A stretch of DNA of 64,000 nucleotides from Pseudomonadota bacterium. GTDB lineage: Bacteria > Pseudomonadota > Gammaproteobacteria > SURF-13. The DNA lies in the NCBI GenBank assembly GCA_040756035.1, contig JBFLZV010000005.1, positions 147-64,146 of the forward strand. The letters are read 5' to 3'. This document shows, in pieces, positions 26,458 to 35,773 of this stretch (within the stretch, counting starts at the first letter, position 1; every line of letters starts with the position of its first letter). A model generated the notes under the pieces. That model was given only the letters and a program-made list of their open reading frames with translations. It had not been told where the DNA came from and searched no databases. A program made the position numbers and the translations under genes.

Positions 26458-27414
26458 ATGCTAGAAAAACTGCGCGACAACATCCGCCCCATCACCTTCG
26501 CCGTGCTGGTGCATGCGGCGCTCATCGCCCTGCTGGTGGTGGGGCTGGATTGGACGCCCAAGGTGCAGCCGCAGAGCGCGGGCCAGACGCCGGCGGTGCA
26601 GGCCAGCGTGGTCGACGAGGCCAAGGTGCAGGCCGAAATGCGTCGTAAAAAAGAGGAAGACTTGCGCAAGAAACAGCAGGAGCAAGAACGCCAGAAGAAA
26701 TTGGAAGAGCAGGCCAAGCAGGCCGAGAAGGCGCGCGTCGACGAGGAGAAACGCTTGGCGGAGGCGGAGGCGCAGCGCAAAAAGGCCGTCGAGGAGGCCG
26801 CCCGGCAGCAACGCGAGGAGGCCGAGCGCCTGGAGAAACTGAAGCAGGAGCAAGTGGCCATCGAGCAAAAGCGCCAGCAGGAAGAAAAGCGCCTCGCCGA
26901 AATAAAAGAAAAGCAGGCCGCGGAAGAGAAGCGTCACCAGGAGCTGGAGCAAAAACGCATCGCCGAAGAAAAGCGTTTGGCGGAAGAAGAAACTAAACGT
27001 AAAATCGAAGCGGAGAAAAAGCAAAAGGCCGAGGAAGAGGAAAGGAAGCGCCGCGAGGCCAAGAAGCTGCTGGAGGAACAAATCGCCGCCGAAGAGCAAG
27101 CCGCCGCCGCGGCGGCGCGCGAGCAGGAGGTGCGCAGCCTGCTCGCCCAGTACACCGCTTTGATAAAGCAAAAGGTCACGCGCAACTGGATCAAGCCGCC
27201 GAGCGCGCGGCCCGGCATGTCGTGCACGGTGCGGGTACGCCTGATCCCCGGCGGCGAAGTCACCGGCGCGCAAGTCACCGTGAGCAGCGGCGACGCGGTA
27301 TTCGACCGCTCCGTGGAAAGCGCGGTGCTCAGGTCTTCGCCGCTGCCCTTGCCGCCCGACCCGGCCGTGCTGGAATCGATCAACCGGGAAATCGAATTTG
27401 TATTTAGACCCTAA
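26458..27414 (+). CDS. tolA: Tol-Pal system protein TolA
   Basis: 318 aa. N-terminal TM helix, long E/K/A/Q-rich helical domain, C-terminal TolA domain. Confidence 0.85.
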   Translation: MLEKLRDNIRPITFAVLVHAALIALLVVGLDWTPKVQPQSAGQTPAVQASVVDEAKVQAEMRRKKEEDLRKKQQEQERQKKLEEQAKQAEKARVDEEKRLAEAEAQRKKAVEEAARQQREEAERLEKLKQEQVAIEQKRQQEEKRLAEIKEKQAAEEKRHQELEQKRIAEEKRLAEEETKRKIEAEKKQKAEEEERKRREAKKLLEEQIAAEEQAAAAAAREQEVRSLLAQYTALIKQKVTRNWIKPPSARPGMSCTVRVRLIPGGEVTGAQVTVSSGDAVFDRSVESAVLRSSPLPLPPDPAVLESINREIEFVFRP

Positions 27415-27418
27415 AAAC

Positions 27419-27490
27419 TAGTAACAAGTGACAAGTTTCAAGTAACAAGAGAAACCTTTTCTTGCAACTTGTAACTTGCTACTTGTAACT
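27419..27490. repeat. tolA-tolB intergenic extended hairpin built from heptamer repeats (xACAAGT x4 / CTTGxAA x4)
   Basis: GTAACAAGTGACAAGTTTCAAGTAACAAGAG ... CTTGCAACTTGTAACTTGCTACTTGTAACT. The left arm repeats ACAAGT, the right arm repeats its complement ACTTG. Ends 6 nt before the tolB RBS AGGAGG. Confidence 0.5.
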
Positions 27491-27507
27491 CCTTTCAGGA
27501 GGTTAGC

Positions 27508-28806
27508 GTGTTAAAACAATTTTTCTTAGCTTGCATGATAGCGTTGCTGGCGCCCGCCGCCCACGCCGCTCTTACCATCGAGATCACCGAGGGCGTGGAG
27601 GGCGCGCTGCCTATCGCCATCGTGCCGTTCGGTTTGGAAGGCGGCGCGCCGCCGGAAGATATTTCCGCCATCGTGGCCGCCGACCTCAAGCGCAGCGGAC
27701 GCTTCGCGCCGCTGCCGGAGCGGGATTTGCTGGCGCGCCCGCACGAATCCGGGCAGGTCAACTTCGCCGATTGGCGCGTGCTGGGCACCGATAATCTGGT
27801 GATCGGCAAAGTGCGCGCCGTCGGCCCCGGCCAATATGCGGTCCAATTCAAATTGTTCGACGTGTTTCGCGGCGCGGAATTGACCGGCTACAACTTCACC
27901 GCCGGCGCGCAGGAACTGCGCACCGTGGCGCATCAAATCAGCGACATTATTTATGAAACGCTGACCGGCGAGCGCGGCGCGTTCAACACGCGCATCGCTT
28001 ATATCACCGCCTCGCCCATCGTCAAGAAATCGCGCACTTACATGCTGCAAGTCGCCGACTCCGACGGTTTCAACGCGCAGACCATCATGACTTCCAAGCA
28101 GCCGGTGCTGTCGCCGGCCTGGTCACCGGACGGCACGCGGCTCGCGTATTTGTCGTTCGAGAATCGCCGTCCGCAAATTTTCATTCAGGACATCGCCAGC
28201 GGGCGGCGCGAATTGCTCGCCTCGTATCCGGGCCTGAACGGCGCGCCGGCCTGGTCGCCGGATGGGCGGCGCCTGGCGCTCACTTTATCCAAAGACGGTA
28301 ATCCGGAAATCTATGTGTTAAACTTAGCGTCCAAGGCGCTCACCCGCCTGACGACCAATCCGGCCATCGATACCGAACCGGCGTGGTCGCCGGACGGGAC
28401 CACCATCGTATTCACGTCCGATCGCGGCGGGCGCCCGCAGTTATATAAGATGTCAGCCGAAGGGGGCAACGCGCAGCGCGTCACCTTTCAGGGGGACTAC
28501 AACGCCAGGGGGAGATTTTCACCCAACGGAGAGCTGCTCGCCATGGTGCAAGGCCAGGGCGGCGCCTACCGTATCGCGGTGCTGGACCTCAAGACCGGTG
28601 AGTCGCGCACGTTGACCGGACGGGCCCTGGACGAATCGCCCAGTTTCGCTCCCAACGGCAGTATGATAATTTACGCCACCAACAACGCCCAGGGCGAACT
28701 GGCGGCGGTGTCCATCGACGGCCGCGTGCATCAGCGCCTGGCCGTGCAGGAAGGCGACGTGCGTGAACCGGCTTGGTCGCCGTTCAGTCAGGATACGTTA
28801 CGTTAA
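27508..28806 (+). CDS. tolB: Tol-Pal system beta-propeller protein TolB
   Basis: 432 aa, GTG start. Signal peptide, repeated PAWSPDG PD40 repeats. Confidence 0.95.
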   Translation: MLKQFFLACMIALLAPAAHAALTIEITEGVEGALPIAIVPFGLEGGAPPEDISAIVAADLKRSGRFAPLPERDLLARPHESGQVNFADWRVLGTDNLVIGKVRAVGPGQYAVQFKLFDVFRGAELTGYNFTAGAQELRTVAHQISDIIYETLTGERGAFNTRIAYITASPIVKKSRTYMLQVADSDGFNAQTIMTSKQPVLSPAWSPDGTRLAYLSFENRRPQIFIQDIASGRRELLASYPGLNGAPAWSPDGRRLALTLSKDGNPEIYVLNLASKALTRLTTNPAIDTEPAWSPDGTTIVFTSDRGGRPQLYKMSAEGGNAQRVTFQGDYNARGRFSPNGELLAMVQGQGGAYRIAVLDLKTGESRTLTGRALDESPSFAPNGSMIIYATNNAQGELAAVSIDGRVHQRLAVQEGDVREPAWSPFSQDTLR

Positions 28807-28848
28807 ATCCATAGCAACTTTAATTTAATAGAAAGATAGGAGTGCGTC

Positions 28849-29367
28849 ATGAAAGTGTTTTCCCATTTACTGCTGGTTACCCTGTCCGTGCTCGTGCTGT
28901 ACGGTTGCGCGAGCACTACTACCAAGGACGGCGCGGCGGTGGAAGATAAGAGCGCCCCGGGCGCGGAGACGAGCGGCGCCGGACAAGGCGGCGTGGCGGG
29001 CGACATGGACAACCCGGCCAGCCCGCTGTACAAGCGCGTCGTCTATTTCGACTTCGACAGCAGCGAAGTCAAGGCGGAAGACCGCCCCACGCTTTCCGCG
29101 CACGCCAAGCACCTCGCGGCCAACCCCGACGAGCTGGTCACGCTGGAAGGCCACGCCGACGAGCGCGGCTCGCGCGAGTATAACCTGGCGCTGGGCGAGC
29201 GCCGCGCCAACGCCGTTCGGCAGTTGTTGATGGCCGAAGGCGTTGCCGCCAACCAGATTCAAACCGTCAGCTACGGCGAGGAAAAGCCGGTGGCGACCGG
29301 GCACGATGAAGAGTCCTGGGGCCAGAACCGCCGCGTCGAGCTGGTCTACAGCAACCGCGGTCAGTAG
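28849..29367 (+). CDS. pal: peptidoglycan-associated lipoprotein Pal
   Basis: 172 aa. Lipobox LYGCAS. OmpA-like domain VYFDFDSSEV...GHADERGSREYNLALGERRA. Confidence 0.9.
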   Translation: MKVFSHLLLVTLSVLVLYGCASTTTKDGAAVEDKSAPGAETSGAGQGGVAGDMDNPASPLYKRVVYFDFDSSEVKAEDRPTLSAHAKHLAANPDELVTLEGHADERGSREYNLALGERRANAVRQLLMAEGVAANQIQTVSYGEEKPVATGHDEESWGQNRRVELVYSNRGQ

Positions 29368-30392
29368 TGACGTTGCGCACGGGCAAGCGGCGGCCGCTCC
29401 GCGTTATCGCGGCAGGACTGCTGCTTGCCTGCGCGCCGCTGGCGTGGGCCGCGGACGAAAAACTTTCCGATAAGGAACGCATCGCGCGGCTCGAGCAGCT
29501 CTGGGAGAGCCAGGGTCTCGCTGAGATCGTGGCGCGCCTTCAAGCCTTGCAGCAGGAAATGCAGCGCATGCACGGCGAACTCGAGGTGCAGGCGCACAAC
29601 CTCGAACAACTGCAACGCAGCCAGCGCGAGGCCGCGCAGGATTTCGATCGGCGGCTGCGCCTGATCGAGGAGCGGCAGGAGCGGCTGACGTCACAAGGTA
29701 GCGTGGTCGCGCCGACGCTGGACACAACGGCGGCCATGGCCCCCGCGGTGTCGGACGCGCCGCTTGCGGCTAACGCCGCGCCCACGCCTCCCGCATCAGC
29801 CGGTGTAACGCCGCCGTCCGCGCCGACGCCCGACTCCGCCGAATCGGTTGCCCCACAGCAACCGATCCCGGAAACAGCCCCTGGCGCGTCCTCGCTCGGC
29901 AATCCCGTCGAGCCTGCCGCCCCAGCCTCGCCATCCATGGCGAGTCGTTCGCCGTCTTCAACGGCTCACCCCTCCGACGCCACGGCGGTCTCCCCGGACG
30001 GCGGCGAACAGACCGCGTACCAACAGGCGTTCAATCTCCTCAAGGACGGCCGTTACGACAAGGCCATCGCCGGTTTTCAGGATTTCCTCACGCGTTACCC
30101 CAACGCGGCCAACGCCCCCAACGCGCAGTACTGGATGGGCGAAGCCTATTACGTCAAGCGCGATTTCAAGAACGCGCAACAGGCGTTCCAAGCCCTGCTC
30201 GAACGCTACCCCACCACCGCCAAACGTCCCGACGCCACGCTCAAGATCGGTTTCGTCCACTATGAGCTGGGCCAATGGAACGACGCGCGCAAAGTGCTGA
30301 GCGAAGTGCAGAACGCCTATCCCGGCACGCCCGCCGCCAAGCTCGCCGCGAATCGTTTGGAGAAGATGAAGAAGGAAGGGCGAGGCGGCTAA
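29367..30392 (+). CDS. cpoB: cell division coordinator CpoB (YbgF)
   Basis: 341 aa, GTG start overlapping the pal stop. Signal peptide, N-terminal coiled coil, P/A/S-rich linker, C-terminal TPR repeats (YWMGEAYY..., LKIGFVHYELGQW). Confidence 0.85.
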   Translation: MTLRTGKRRPLRVIAAGLLLACAPLAWAADEKLSDKERIARLEQLWESQGLAEIVARLQALQQEMQRMHGELEVQAHNLEQLQRSQREAAQDFDRRLRLIEERQERLTSQGSVVAPTLDTTAAMAPAVSDAPLAANAAPTPPASAGVTPPSAPTPDSAESVAPQQPIPETAPGASSLGNPVEPAAPASPSMASRSPSSTAHPSDATAVSPDGGEQTAYQQAFNLLKDGRYDKAIAGFQDFLTRYPNAANAPNAQYWMGEAYYVKRDFKNAQQAFQALLERYPTTAKRPDATLKIGFVHYELGQWNDARKVLSEVQNAYPGTPAAKLAANRLEKMKKEGRGG

Positions 30393-30554
30393 GCCGCCGA
30401 GCGCCGGTGCAGGAAGTGCCGGCCGGGGTTTAAAGGAACTATTAAGTCGCGCCAAGGATGGCAAAATGCGGTGCGGTGATTCCGGTAAGAGTAGGTCGGC
30501 TCAAGCCGAAGACGGAGCCGACGTCGGTAGTCCAAGTCGTAGTAAAATACTTTC

Positions 30555-31229
30555 ATGTCCTCGGCAACCTCCCAACTAGCCGCGGCGGATCAGACGCTGC
30601 GCATCACCGAAATCTTCTATTCCCTGCAAGGCGAAACCCGCACCGTAGGCCTGCCCACCGTGTTCGTGCGCCTCACCGGTTGCCCGCTGCGCTGTGGCTA
30701 TTGCGACACCGCCTATGCTTTTTACGGCGGGCGGAAAATGACGCTCGATGAAGTGCTCGATCAAGTCGCCGCTCACCAACCACGCTATGTCACCGTCACC
30801 GGCGGCGAGCCGCTCGCGCAGAAAACGTGCTTAACGCTGCTCAGCCGCTTGTGCAACGCCGGCTATGAGGTATCGCTGGAGACCAGCGGCGCGTTGGACG
30901 TGTCGACGGTCGACGCGCGCGTCGTCAAAATCGTCGATTTCAAAACGCCCGGCTCCGGCGAACAGGAAAAAAATCTTTACGCCAACGTCGCGCATCTCCT
31001 GCCGCACGATCAAGTCAAATTCGTATTGTGCGATCGCCGCGATTATGAATGGGCAAAAGACATGCTCGCGCGCCACAATCTGGCCGCGCGCTGCGAGATA
31101 TTGTTCTCACCGAGCTATCAGCAACTCAAAGCCGCCGATCTAGCGAACTGGATACTCGAAGACCGTTTGCCGGTGCGTTTACAAATACAGTTGCACAAAT
31201 ATTTATGGGGCGATGTGCCGGGGAGATAG
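30555..31229 (+). CDS. queE: 7-carboxy-7-deazaguanine synthase QueE (radical SAM)
   Basis: 224 aa. LRITEIFYSLQGE, CPLRCGYCDT radical-SAM Cys motif. Confidence 0.85.
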   Translation: MSSATSQLAAADQTLRITEIFYSLQGETRTVGLPTVFVRLTGCPLRCGYCDTAYAFYGGRKMTLDEVLDQVAAHQPRYVTVTGGEPLAQKTCLTLLSRLCNAGYEVSLETSGALDVSTVDARVVKIVDFKTPGSGEQEKNLYANVAHLLPHDQVKFVLCDRRDYEWAKDMLARHNLAARCEILFSPSYQQLKAADLANWILEDRLPVRLQIQLHKYLWGDVPGR

Positions 31230-31237
31230 TGGCGAGC

Positions 31238-31266
31238 AGGGTAGGGTGGGCACGGTTTTTGTACCC
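31238..31266. repeat. REP-like single unit (GTAGGGTGGGCACGG ... CGTGCC) between queE and queC
   Basis: Shares the GTAGGGTGGGCAC core with the doublet at 17058-17128. GGCACG/CGTGCC stem. Confidence 0.35.
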
Positions 31267-31296
31267 ACGTGCCGTCTTACCGTTACCTAACCTTTT

Positions 31297-31995
31297 ATGA
31301 AAATGGCCCACACCAAACCAAAAGCCGTCGTGCTGGTCTCCGGCGGACTCGATTCCGCCGTCACGCTGGCTATTGCGGGAGAACAAGGCTTTGTCTGTCA
31401 CGCCTTAAGTTTCGATTACGGCCAGCGCCACCGCGCCGAGCTGGCCGCCGCCGTGCGCGTTGCCGCGAGTCTGGACGCGATCGAGCATAAAGTCATCACG
31501 CTCGACCTCGGCGCCATCGGCGGTTCGGCGCTCACCGATCCCGCCATCGCCGTGCCGCATACGCCGCAAAGCGGTATTCCCGTCACCTACGTGCCGGCGC
31601 GCAATGCAGTGTTTTTGGCGCTGGCGCTCGGCTGGGCTGAGGTGCTGGACGCCGCCGATTTGTTCATCGGCGTCAACGCCGTGGACTATTCCGGCTATCC
31701 GGATTGCCGCCCGGAATTCATCGCCGCCTTCGAAAACCTGGCGCGGCTCGCCACCAAGGCAGGTGTCGAGGGGCGGCGCTTCACCTGCCATACGCCGCTG
31801 ATCCGTTTGAGCAAGGCCGAGATCATCAAGGAGGGCGCGCGCCTCGGCGTGGACTTCGCGCAAACCGTGTCTTGTTACAGCGCCGACACGCAAGGCCGCG
31901 CCTGCGGCCGCTGCGACGCCTGCCGCCTGCGCGCCGCGGGTTTTCAGGCAGCGGGTATCGCCGACCCCACGCGGTACAAAACGGCTGCACAGTAA
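31297..31995 (+). CDS. queC: 7-cyano-7-deazaguanine synthase QueC
   Basis: 232 aa. [14 protein letters not shown]-loop; C-terminal zinc Cys cluster [10 protein letters not shown]. Confidence 0.9.
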   Translation: MKMAHTKPKAVVLVSGGLDSAVTLAIAGEQGFVCHALSFDYGQRHRAELAAAVRVAASLDAIEHKVITLDLGAIGGSALTDPAIAVPHTPQSGIPVTYVPARNAVFLALALGWAEVLDAADLFIGVNAVDYSGYPDCRPEFIAAFENLARLATKAGVEGRRFTCHTPLIRLSKAEIIKEGARLGVDFAQTVSCYSADTQGRACGRCDACRLRAAGFQAAGIADPTRYKTAAQ

Positions 31996-32141
31996 ATTTT
32001 CCATGGCGTTCGAAGTGTATAAATATTAAAATAATAGGCTTTCCAACAGGAATGGTCACGCAGCGTTACCCTCACCCGCATCTCTTCTCCCATGGGGAGA
32101 TGGGACGAGCCGAGGCGCTTGCGCGCATCTATGTTTACTTG

Positions 32142-32217
32142 GGGCCGTTAGCTCAGCCGGTAGAGCAGCAGACTTTTAATCTGTTGGTCGTGCGTTCGAT
32201 CCGCACACGGCCCACCA
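32142..32217 (+). tRNA. tRNA-Lys (anticodon UUU)
   Basis: GGGCCGTTAGCTCAGCCGGTAGAGCAGCAGACTTTTAATCTGTTGGTCGTGCGTTCGATCCGCACACGGCCCACCA. 7-bp acceptor stem GGGCCGT/ACGGCCC, D arm, anticodon loop CTTTTAA, T-loop GTTCGATCC, encoded CCA. Confidence 0.9.
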
Positions 32218-32232
32218 CTAAATTATTTTTGA

Positions 32233-32958
32233 TTACTTCCGCACCAGGATGTTGTTGATGACTTGATTTACGCCCGCCACGTACCAAGCATCCCATTCCG
32301 CCATTTTCCTATCCTCTTCCGTGTTCACAAAACCTTCCAGCGTCACCACGCGGTCGCGCGTGCTGACGCGAATCTGATCGGCGTCCAGCAGCGGGTCTTT
32401 TTCCAACACCAGTAGCAGCGCGTCGGTGATCTCGTCGTCGCTGTCGCGCTCGGGTGGCTCCACGCGCAGATTGTTGACCACGTCGCGGCAGCCGGGCGCC
32501 CACCACGCCAGTACGCCGGCCAGACGTCGGTGCGAAAGACTGATGACCCAGCCGTCCAAGGTGGCGACGCCGTCTTGTAAGGAAATCTCGATGGAGCCGC
32601 CGGGATCGACGCTGATATCACGCAACGTTTCCAGCCGCCCTTTGTCGTGCACCTTTACGCTGCAATTCCGCAAAGCCGGTTCTTGCAGCAGAAAATTGCA
32701 TACCGCGTCGCGCGTGGCGCCGTCGCCTTTGCGCTGCGCCGGCGCCACGCGCAGCCTATCCGTCACGCGCCTCACACCGTCGGTTGCGGCGGCCAACTGC
32801 GCGGCCAATCTTTTTACGGCGATATTTTCCACTTCGCCGTCTAAAAATGCCGTGCCGCCAAACACGTTCACGCGGATCGGATGGCTGTGCAGGTTGATGC
32901 GCGGCTCATGCTCCAGCGCCGATTGAATTTGCTTTACGATACTTTCCGCAGTGGTCAT
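32233..32958 (-). CDS. BON-domain protein (OsmY-like, three BON repeats)
   Basis: 241 aa. Three repeats of the DxxIxxxVxxAL...V-V-V-xxGxVTLxGxV pattern. Confidence 0.7.
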   Translation of the reverse strand: MTTAESIVKQIQSALEHEPRINLHSHPIRVNVFGGTAFLDGEVENIAVKRLAAQLAAATDGVRRVTDRLRVAPAQRKGDGATRDAVCNFLLQEPALRNCSVKVHDKGRLETLRDISVDPGGSIEISLQDGVATLDGWVISLSHRRLAGVLAWWAPGCRDVVNNLRVEPPERDSDDEITDALLLVLEKDPLLDADQIRVSTRDRVVTLEGFVNTEEDRKMAEWDAWYVAGVNQVINNILVRK

Positions 32959-32967
32959 GTGCGCTGC

Positions 32968-33297
32968 TTAAACTATGATACCGGACGATTGCTTCGCGTC
33001 GGACATGGCGCCGATCATTTGCTTATAGCGCTTCCATTCGGTGGCCGGCCAAGCTTCCGCATGAGAATGGCCGTACGCACGAATCAGCGTGCACACCTTG
33101 GCCGCAGTCTCGTTGTCCGGCGCATCGAACACGTCCACATAATCATAAGGCCCAAGCACGGCGTAATCATGCAGCCATTTCACTTGCGGGCACTGGCTGC
33201 GGATATTACTCATCGCTTGGCGCTCCAAGTCTTCCAGCGAGCGGGGCGAGCGTAGCGCATCGGGCGACACGCGGGTAAGCATGATGAAAACGGACAT
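32968..33297 (-). CDS. GYD-domain protein
   Basis: Trimmed to [10 protein letters not shown] start (AGGAGG RBS 33305-33310), 110 aa. [24 protein letters not shown] signature. The ORF-track 176-aa form is an upstream extension. Confidence 0.6.
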   Translation of the reverse strand: MSVFIMLTRVSPDALRSPRSLEDLERQAMSNIRSQCPQVKWLHDYAVLGPYDYVDVFDAPDNETAAKVCTLIRAYGHSHAEAWPATEWKRYKQMIGAMSDAKQSSGIIV

Positions 33298-33542
33298 GAT
33301 GTGTTCCTCCTTGGTTTGGGATGGGGGCGGTATGGTGTGGGGATTCCGTTGACCTCTCCCCCGCGGCTTCATTGCCGCGCCCATTATCAGTATAACATCG
33401 CGAAAAAGCACGGATGGGAAGAAATTAGGGGGGTTAACAATCTCGCGCGAGCTTTGATTTAAATCAAGGCGCCATGAAATATATGTATTTATATTCAAAG
33501 CTCAAACCAGATATTTTCCATGTGACTTAAGGAGGAACAGCT

Positions 33543-34061
33543 ATGGCGACGGAAAAGGCGAACAAGCAGGAGATATCCATTTCTCACAGGGGGCAAGAGG
33601 CGCAAAGGATCACGCCCGCCCGTTTGTTGAGTCCGTTTGAGGAAATGGACCGTATTTTTGAGAATTTTTTCTCGCGCGGCTGGCTACAGCCATTCCAGTG
33701 GCGGCCCAGGTGGGGCGAATTGGCAATGCCCCTCAACGGCAATATACCGCACGTGGACGTGATCGATCGCGATAACGAAATTGTGGTGCGCGCCGAGGTG
33801 CCCGGCGTGGATAAAAAAGACCTGGATGTTTCAATGACCGACAACACCATCACCATCAAAGGTGAAACCAAGTACGAGGAAGAGGAGGAAAAGGGCGACT
33901 ATTACCGCTGCGAACTCACGCACGGCGCGTTTGCGCGCACCATCCCGCTGCCCGGCGCGGTGGATGCTTCCAAGGCCAAGGCAACGTATCACGAAGGGGT
34001 GTTGGAAATGAACCTGCCCAAGCTGGAGAAGTCCAAGCGGCACAGCATCAAAGTGGAGTAA
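33543..34061 (+). CDS. Hsp20/alpha-crystallin family small heat-shock protein
   Basis: 172 aa. AAGGAGG RBS. Alpha-crystallin domain (VDVIDRDNEIVVRAEVPGVDKKDLDVSMTDNTITIKGE...GVLEMNLPK). Confidence 0.85.
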   Translation: MATEKANKQEISISHRGQEAQRITPARLLSPFEEMDRIFENFFSRGWLQPFQWRPRWGELAMPLNGNIPHVDVIDRDNEIVVRAEVPGVDKKDLDVSMTDNTITIKGETKYEEEEEKGDYYRCELTHGAFARTIPLPGAVDASKAKATYHEGVLEMNLPKLEKSKRHSIKVE

Positions 34062-34098
34062 GGCTAGCGATACTTATCAAGATCGGCACAGGAGGTGA

Positions 34099-34329
34099 TT
34101 GATGGCCAGACCCAAAAAGGCCCTAAGCATAGTCGAGAATTCCGCTGCCGCGGAGGCGGAAATCCATAAAACGGTCACGCCCGAAGAGCGCGAGCGCATG
34201 ATCGCCGAGGCCGCCTATTACCGCGCGGAGCGCCGCGCCTTCCAGGGCGGCGACCCCGATCTGGACTGGCTGGAAGCGGAGGCCGAGATCGACCGCAAGC
34301 TGGGTATAGAAAGCGTAGAAGAGGAATGA
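34099..34329 (+). CDS. DUF2934-family small protein
   Basis: 76 aa. ERMIAEAAYYRAERRAFQGGDPDLDWLEAEAEI matches the DUF2934 core. ACAGGAGG RBS. Confidence 0.6.
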   Translation: MMARPKKALSIVENSAAAEAEIHKTVTPEERERMIAEAAYYRAERRAFQGGDPDLDWLEAEAEIDRKLGIESVEEE

Positions 34330-34620
34330 CCGCAACGGCGGGACGTTAATCTAAACATCTGAAGTTACTGCCGCATTACAGAATGGAGGCCAAATCCGTC
34401 GCTCCCGCGCAAGCGGGAGCCCGGAAAGAGATTCCGGATTCCCGCGGAGTTTACCCCGTACTCCGATATGGGGCGGGAATGACGACCGATGAGTACCTTA
34501 TTTTGTCGCCATGGATGGATTACGTGTACAGGTTCCGTTTTTCCGGCGGAGGGGTGGTTTCGCGGACCAAAACCGACTATGCTAATGGGCAGTGAATGAG
34601 TAGCGTGAATTCGTAAGCCT

Positions 34621-34779
34621 ATGCCCGCCAAAACGCAGAACACCTTGTGGATTGTCCTTACCGTCTCATTGATCGTTACCCTGTTGCTGATGCTCGGCGC
34701 CTATTTGATGACGCAGACCACCATGATGGACGGCATTATGGGTGTATTGTTTCATCACACCGCTATGCAGGAACGTTAG
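34621..34779 (+). CDS. hypothetical 52-aa single-TM small protein (not in ORF track, <60 aa)
   Basis: MPAKTQNTLWIVLTVSLIVTLLLMLGAYLMTQTTMMDGIMGVLFHHTAMQER. One hydrophobic helix, no convincing RBS. Follows a 290-bp hairpin-rich untranslated region. Confidence 0.25.
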   Translation: MPAKTQNTLWIVLTVSLIVTLLLMLGAYLMTQTTMMDGIMGVLFHHTAMQER

Positions 34780-34791
34780 CTAGTCCTCGGC

Positions 34792-35445
34792 TTAGGTCTT
34801 TCCGTAAAATTTGACGCCGAGTTTAATTTTTCCCCTGCCGGTGGCGCGGCGGTGGCGGTTGGTGTCGCGCAGCGAGTAGACGCAGCCGCAGTATTCCTGC
34901 TGATAAAAATTTTCCTGCTTGGAGATTTCCACGGTGCGCTGGCTGCCGCCGCCCTTGCGCCAGTTGAAGGTCCAATACGTCAGGCCCGCATGACGCGCCG
35001 CGGCGCGCTCGCCGCAGCGGTTGATTTGCTCCATATCCTTCCAGCGCGAAATGCCCAGGGAACTGGTGAACACCGGGAAGCCGTGTTCCACGGCGTACAG
35101 CGCGGCGCGCTCGAAGCGCATATCGAAGCAGGCCGTGCAGCGCGCGCCGCGCTCCGGCTCGTATTCCAATCCCTTGACGCGCGCAAACCAGTTGTCCGTG
35201 TCATAGTCGAGATCGACGAACGGCACGCCGAGCTTGTCCGCGTAGCGCATATTTTCCGACTTGCGCAGCAAATACTCCTGCCGCGGATGGATGTTCGGGT
35301 TGTAGAACAAAATGGTGTAGTCGATGCCGGAGCGGTGCATCTCGCTCATGATGTCCGCCGCGCACGGCGCGCAGCAGGAGTGCAGCAGTACGCGCGACGC
35401 GCCGTGCGGAGCGGCCAGCGCGGGACGCGGGGTGGGGGATTTCAT
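34792..35445 (-). CDS. queH: epoxyqueuosine reductase QueH (DUF208)
   Basis: Trimmed to MKSPTP start (217 aa). LLHSCCAPC and later CGC Cys motifs for the [4Fe-4S] cluster. Confidence 0.8.
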   Translation of the reverse strand: MKSPTPRPALAAPHGASRVLLHSCCAPCAADIMSEMHRSGIDYTILFYNPNIHPRQEYLLRKSENMRYADKLGVPFVDLDYDTDNWFARVKGLEYEPERGARCTACFDMRFERAALYAVEHGFPVFTSSLGISRWKDMEQINRCGERAAARHAGLTYWTFNWRKGGGSQRTVEISKQENFYQQEYCGCVYSLRDTNRHRRATGRGKIKLGVKFYGKT

Positions 35446-35773
35446 GGATGAGCGCCTCTGCGTGTCGAATACTATTTTCAGGCTACTACGCCGCCCCGGC
35501 GGATACAATCCGGGGTGGTAAGTTTACCGAGAGGGCGCATCGGCGTCCACGCCGGGCGCCGCCCGGCACAGTGTTCACACCATGAACACGGCTGTGACGG
35601 GCGCGCAGGCGGGCTGGCGCGTTGCCGCCCGTTATTGCGTTCATTAAAAGAATATTATAGGATCGGAACAGTTTGGCTTGAACTTGCCGTTCAATGGCTG
35701 AATCCGGCATGGCGCCGACTGCCGCTAAACAATACAGGCTTGCCGTTAATAACGATAATTATGAGGATTTTAA

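Noticed and set aside
30393-30554. Looked for a tRNA or preQ1 riboswitch between cpoB and queE (and upstream of queC)
   Set aside because: No cloverleaf and no preQ1-I/II-like motif recognised. Only two simple hairpins. ORF 30458-30751 is out of context and Arg/His-rich.
35676-35690. sigma-54-like TGGCTTGAACTTGCC upstream of the outer-membrane barrel gene
   Set aside because: GG-to-GC spacing is 11 rather than 12 nt. Sigma-54 does not tolerate this well, so it is kept only as a weak possibility.
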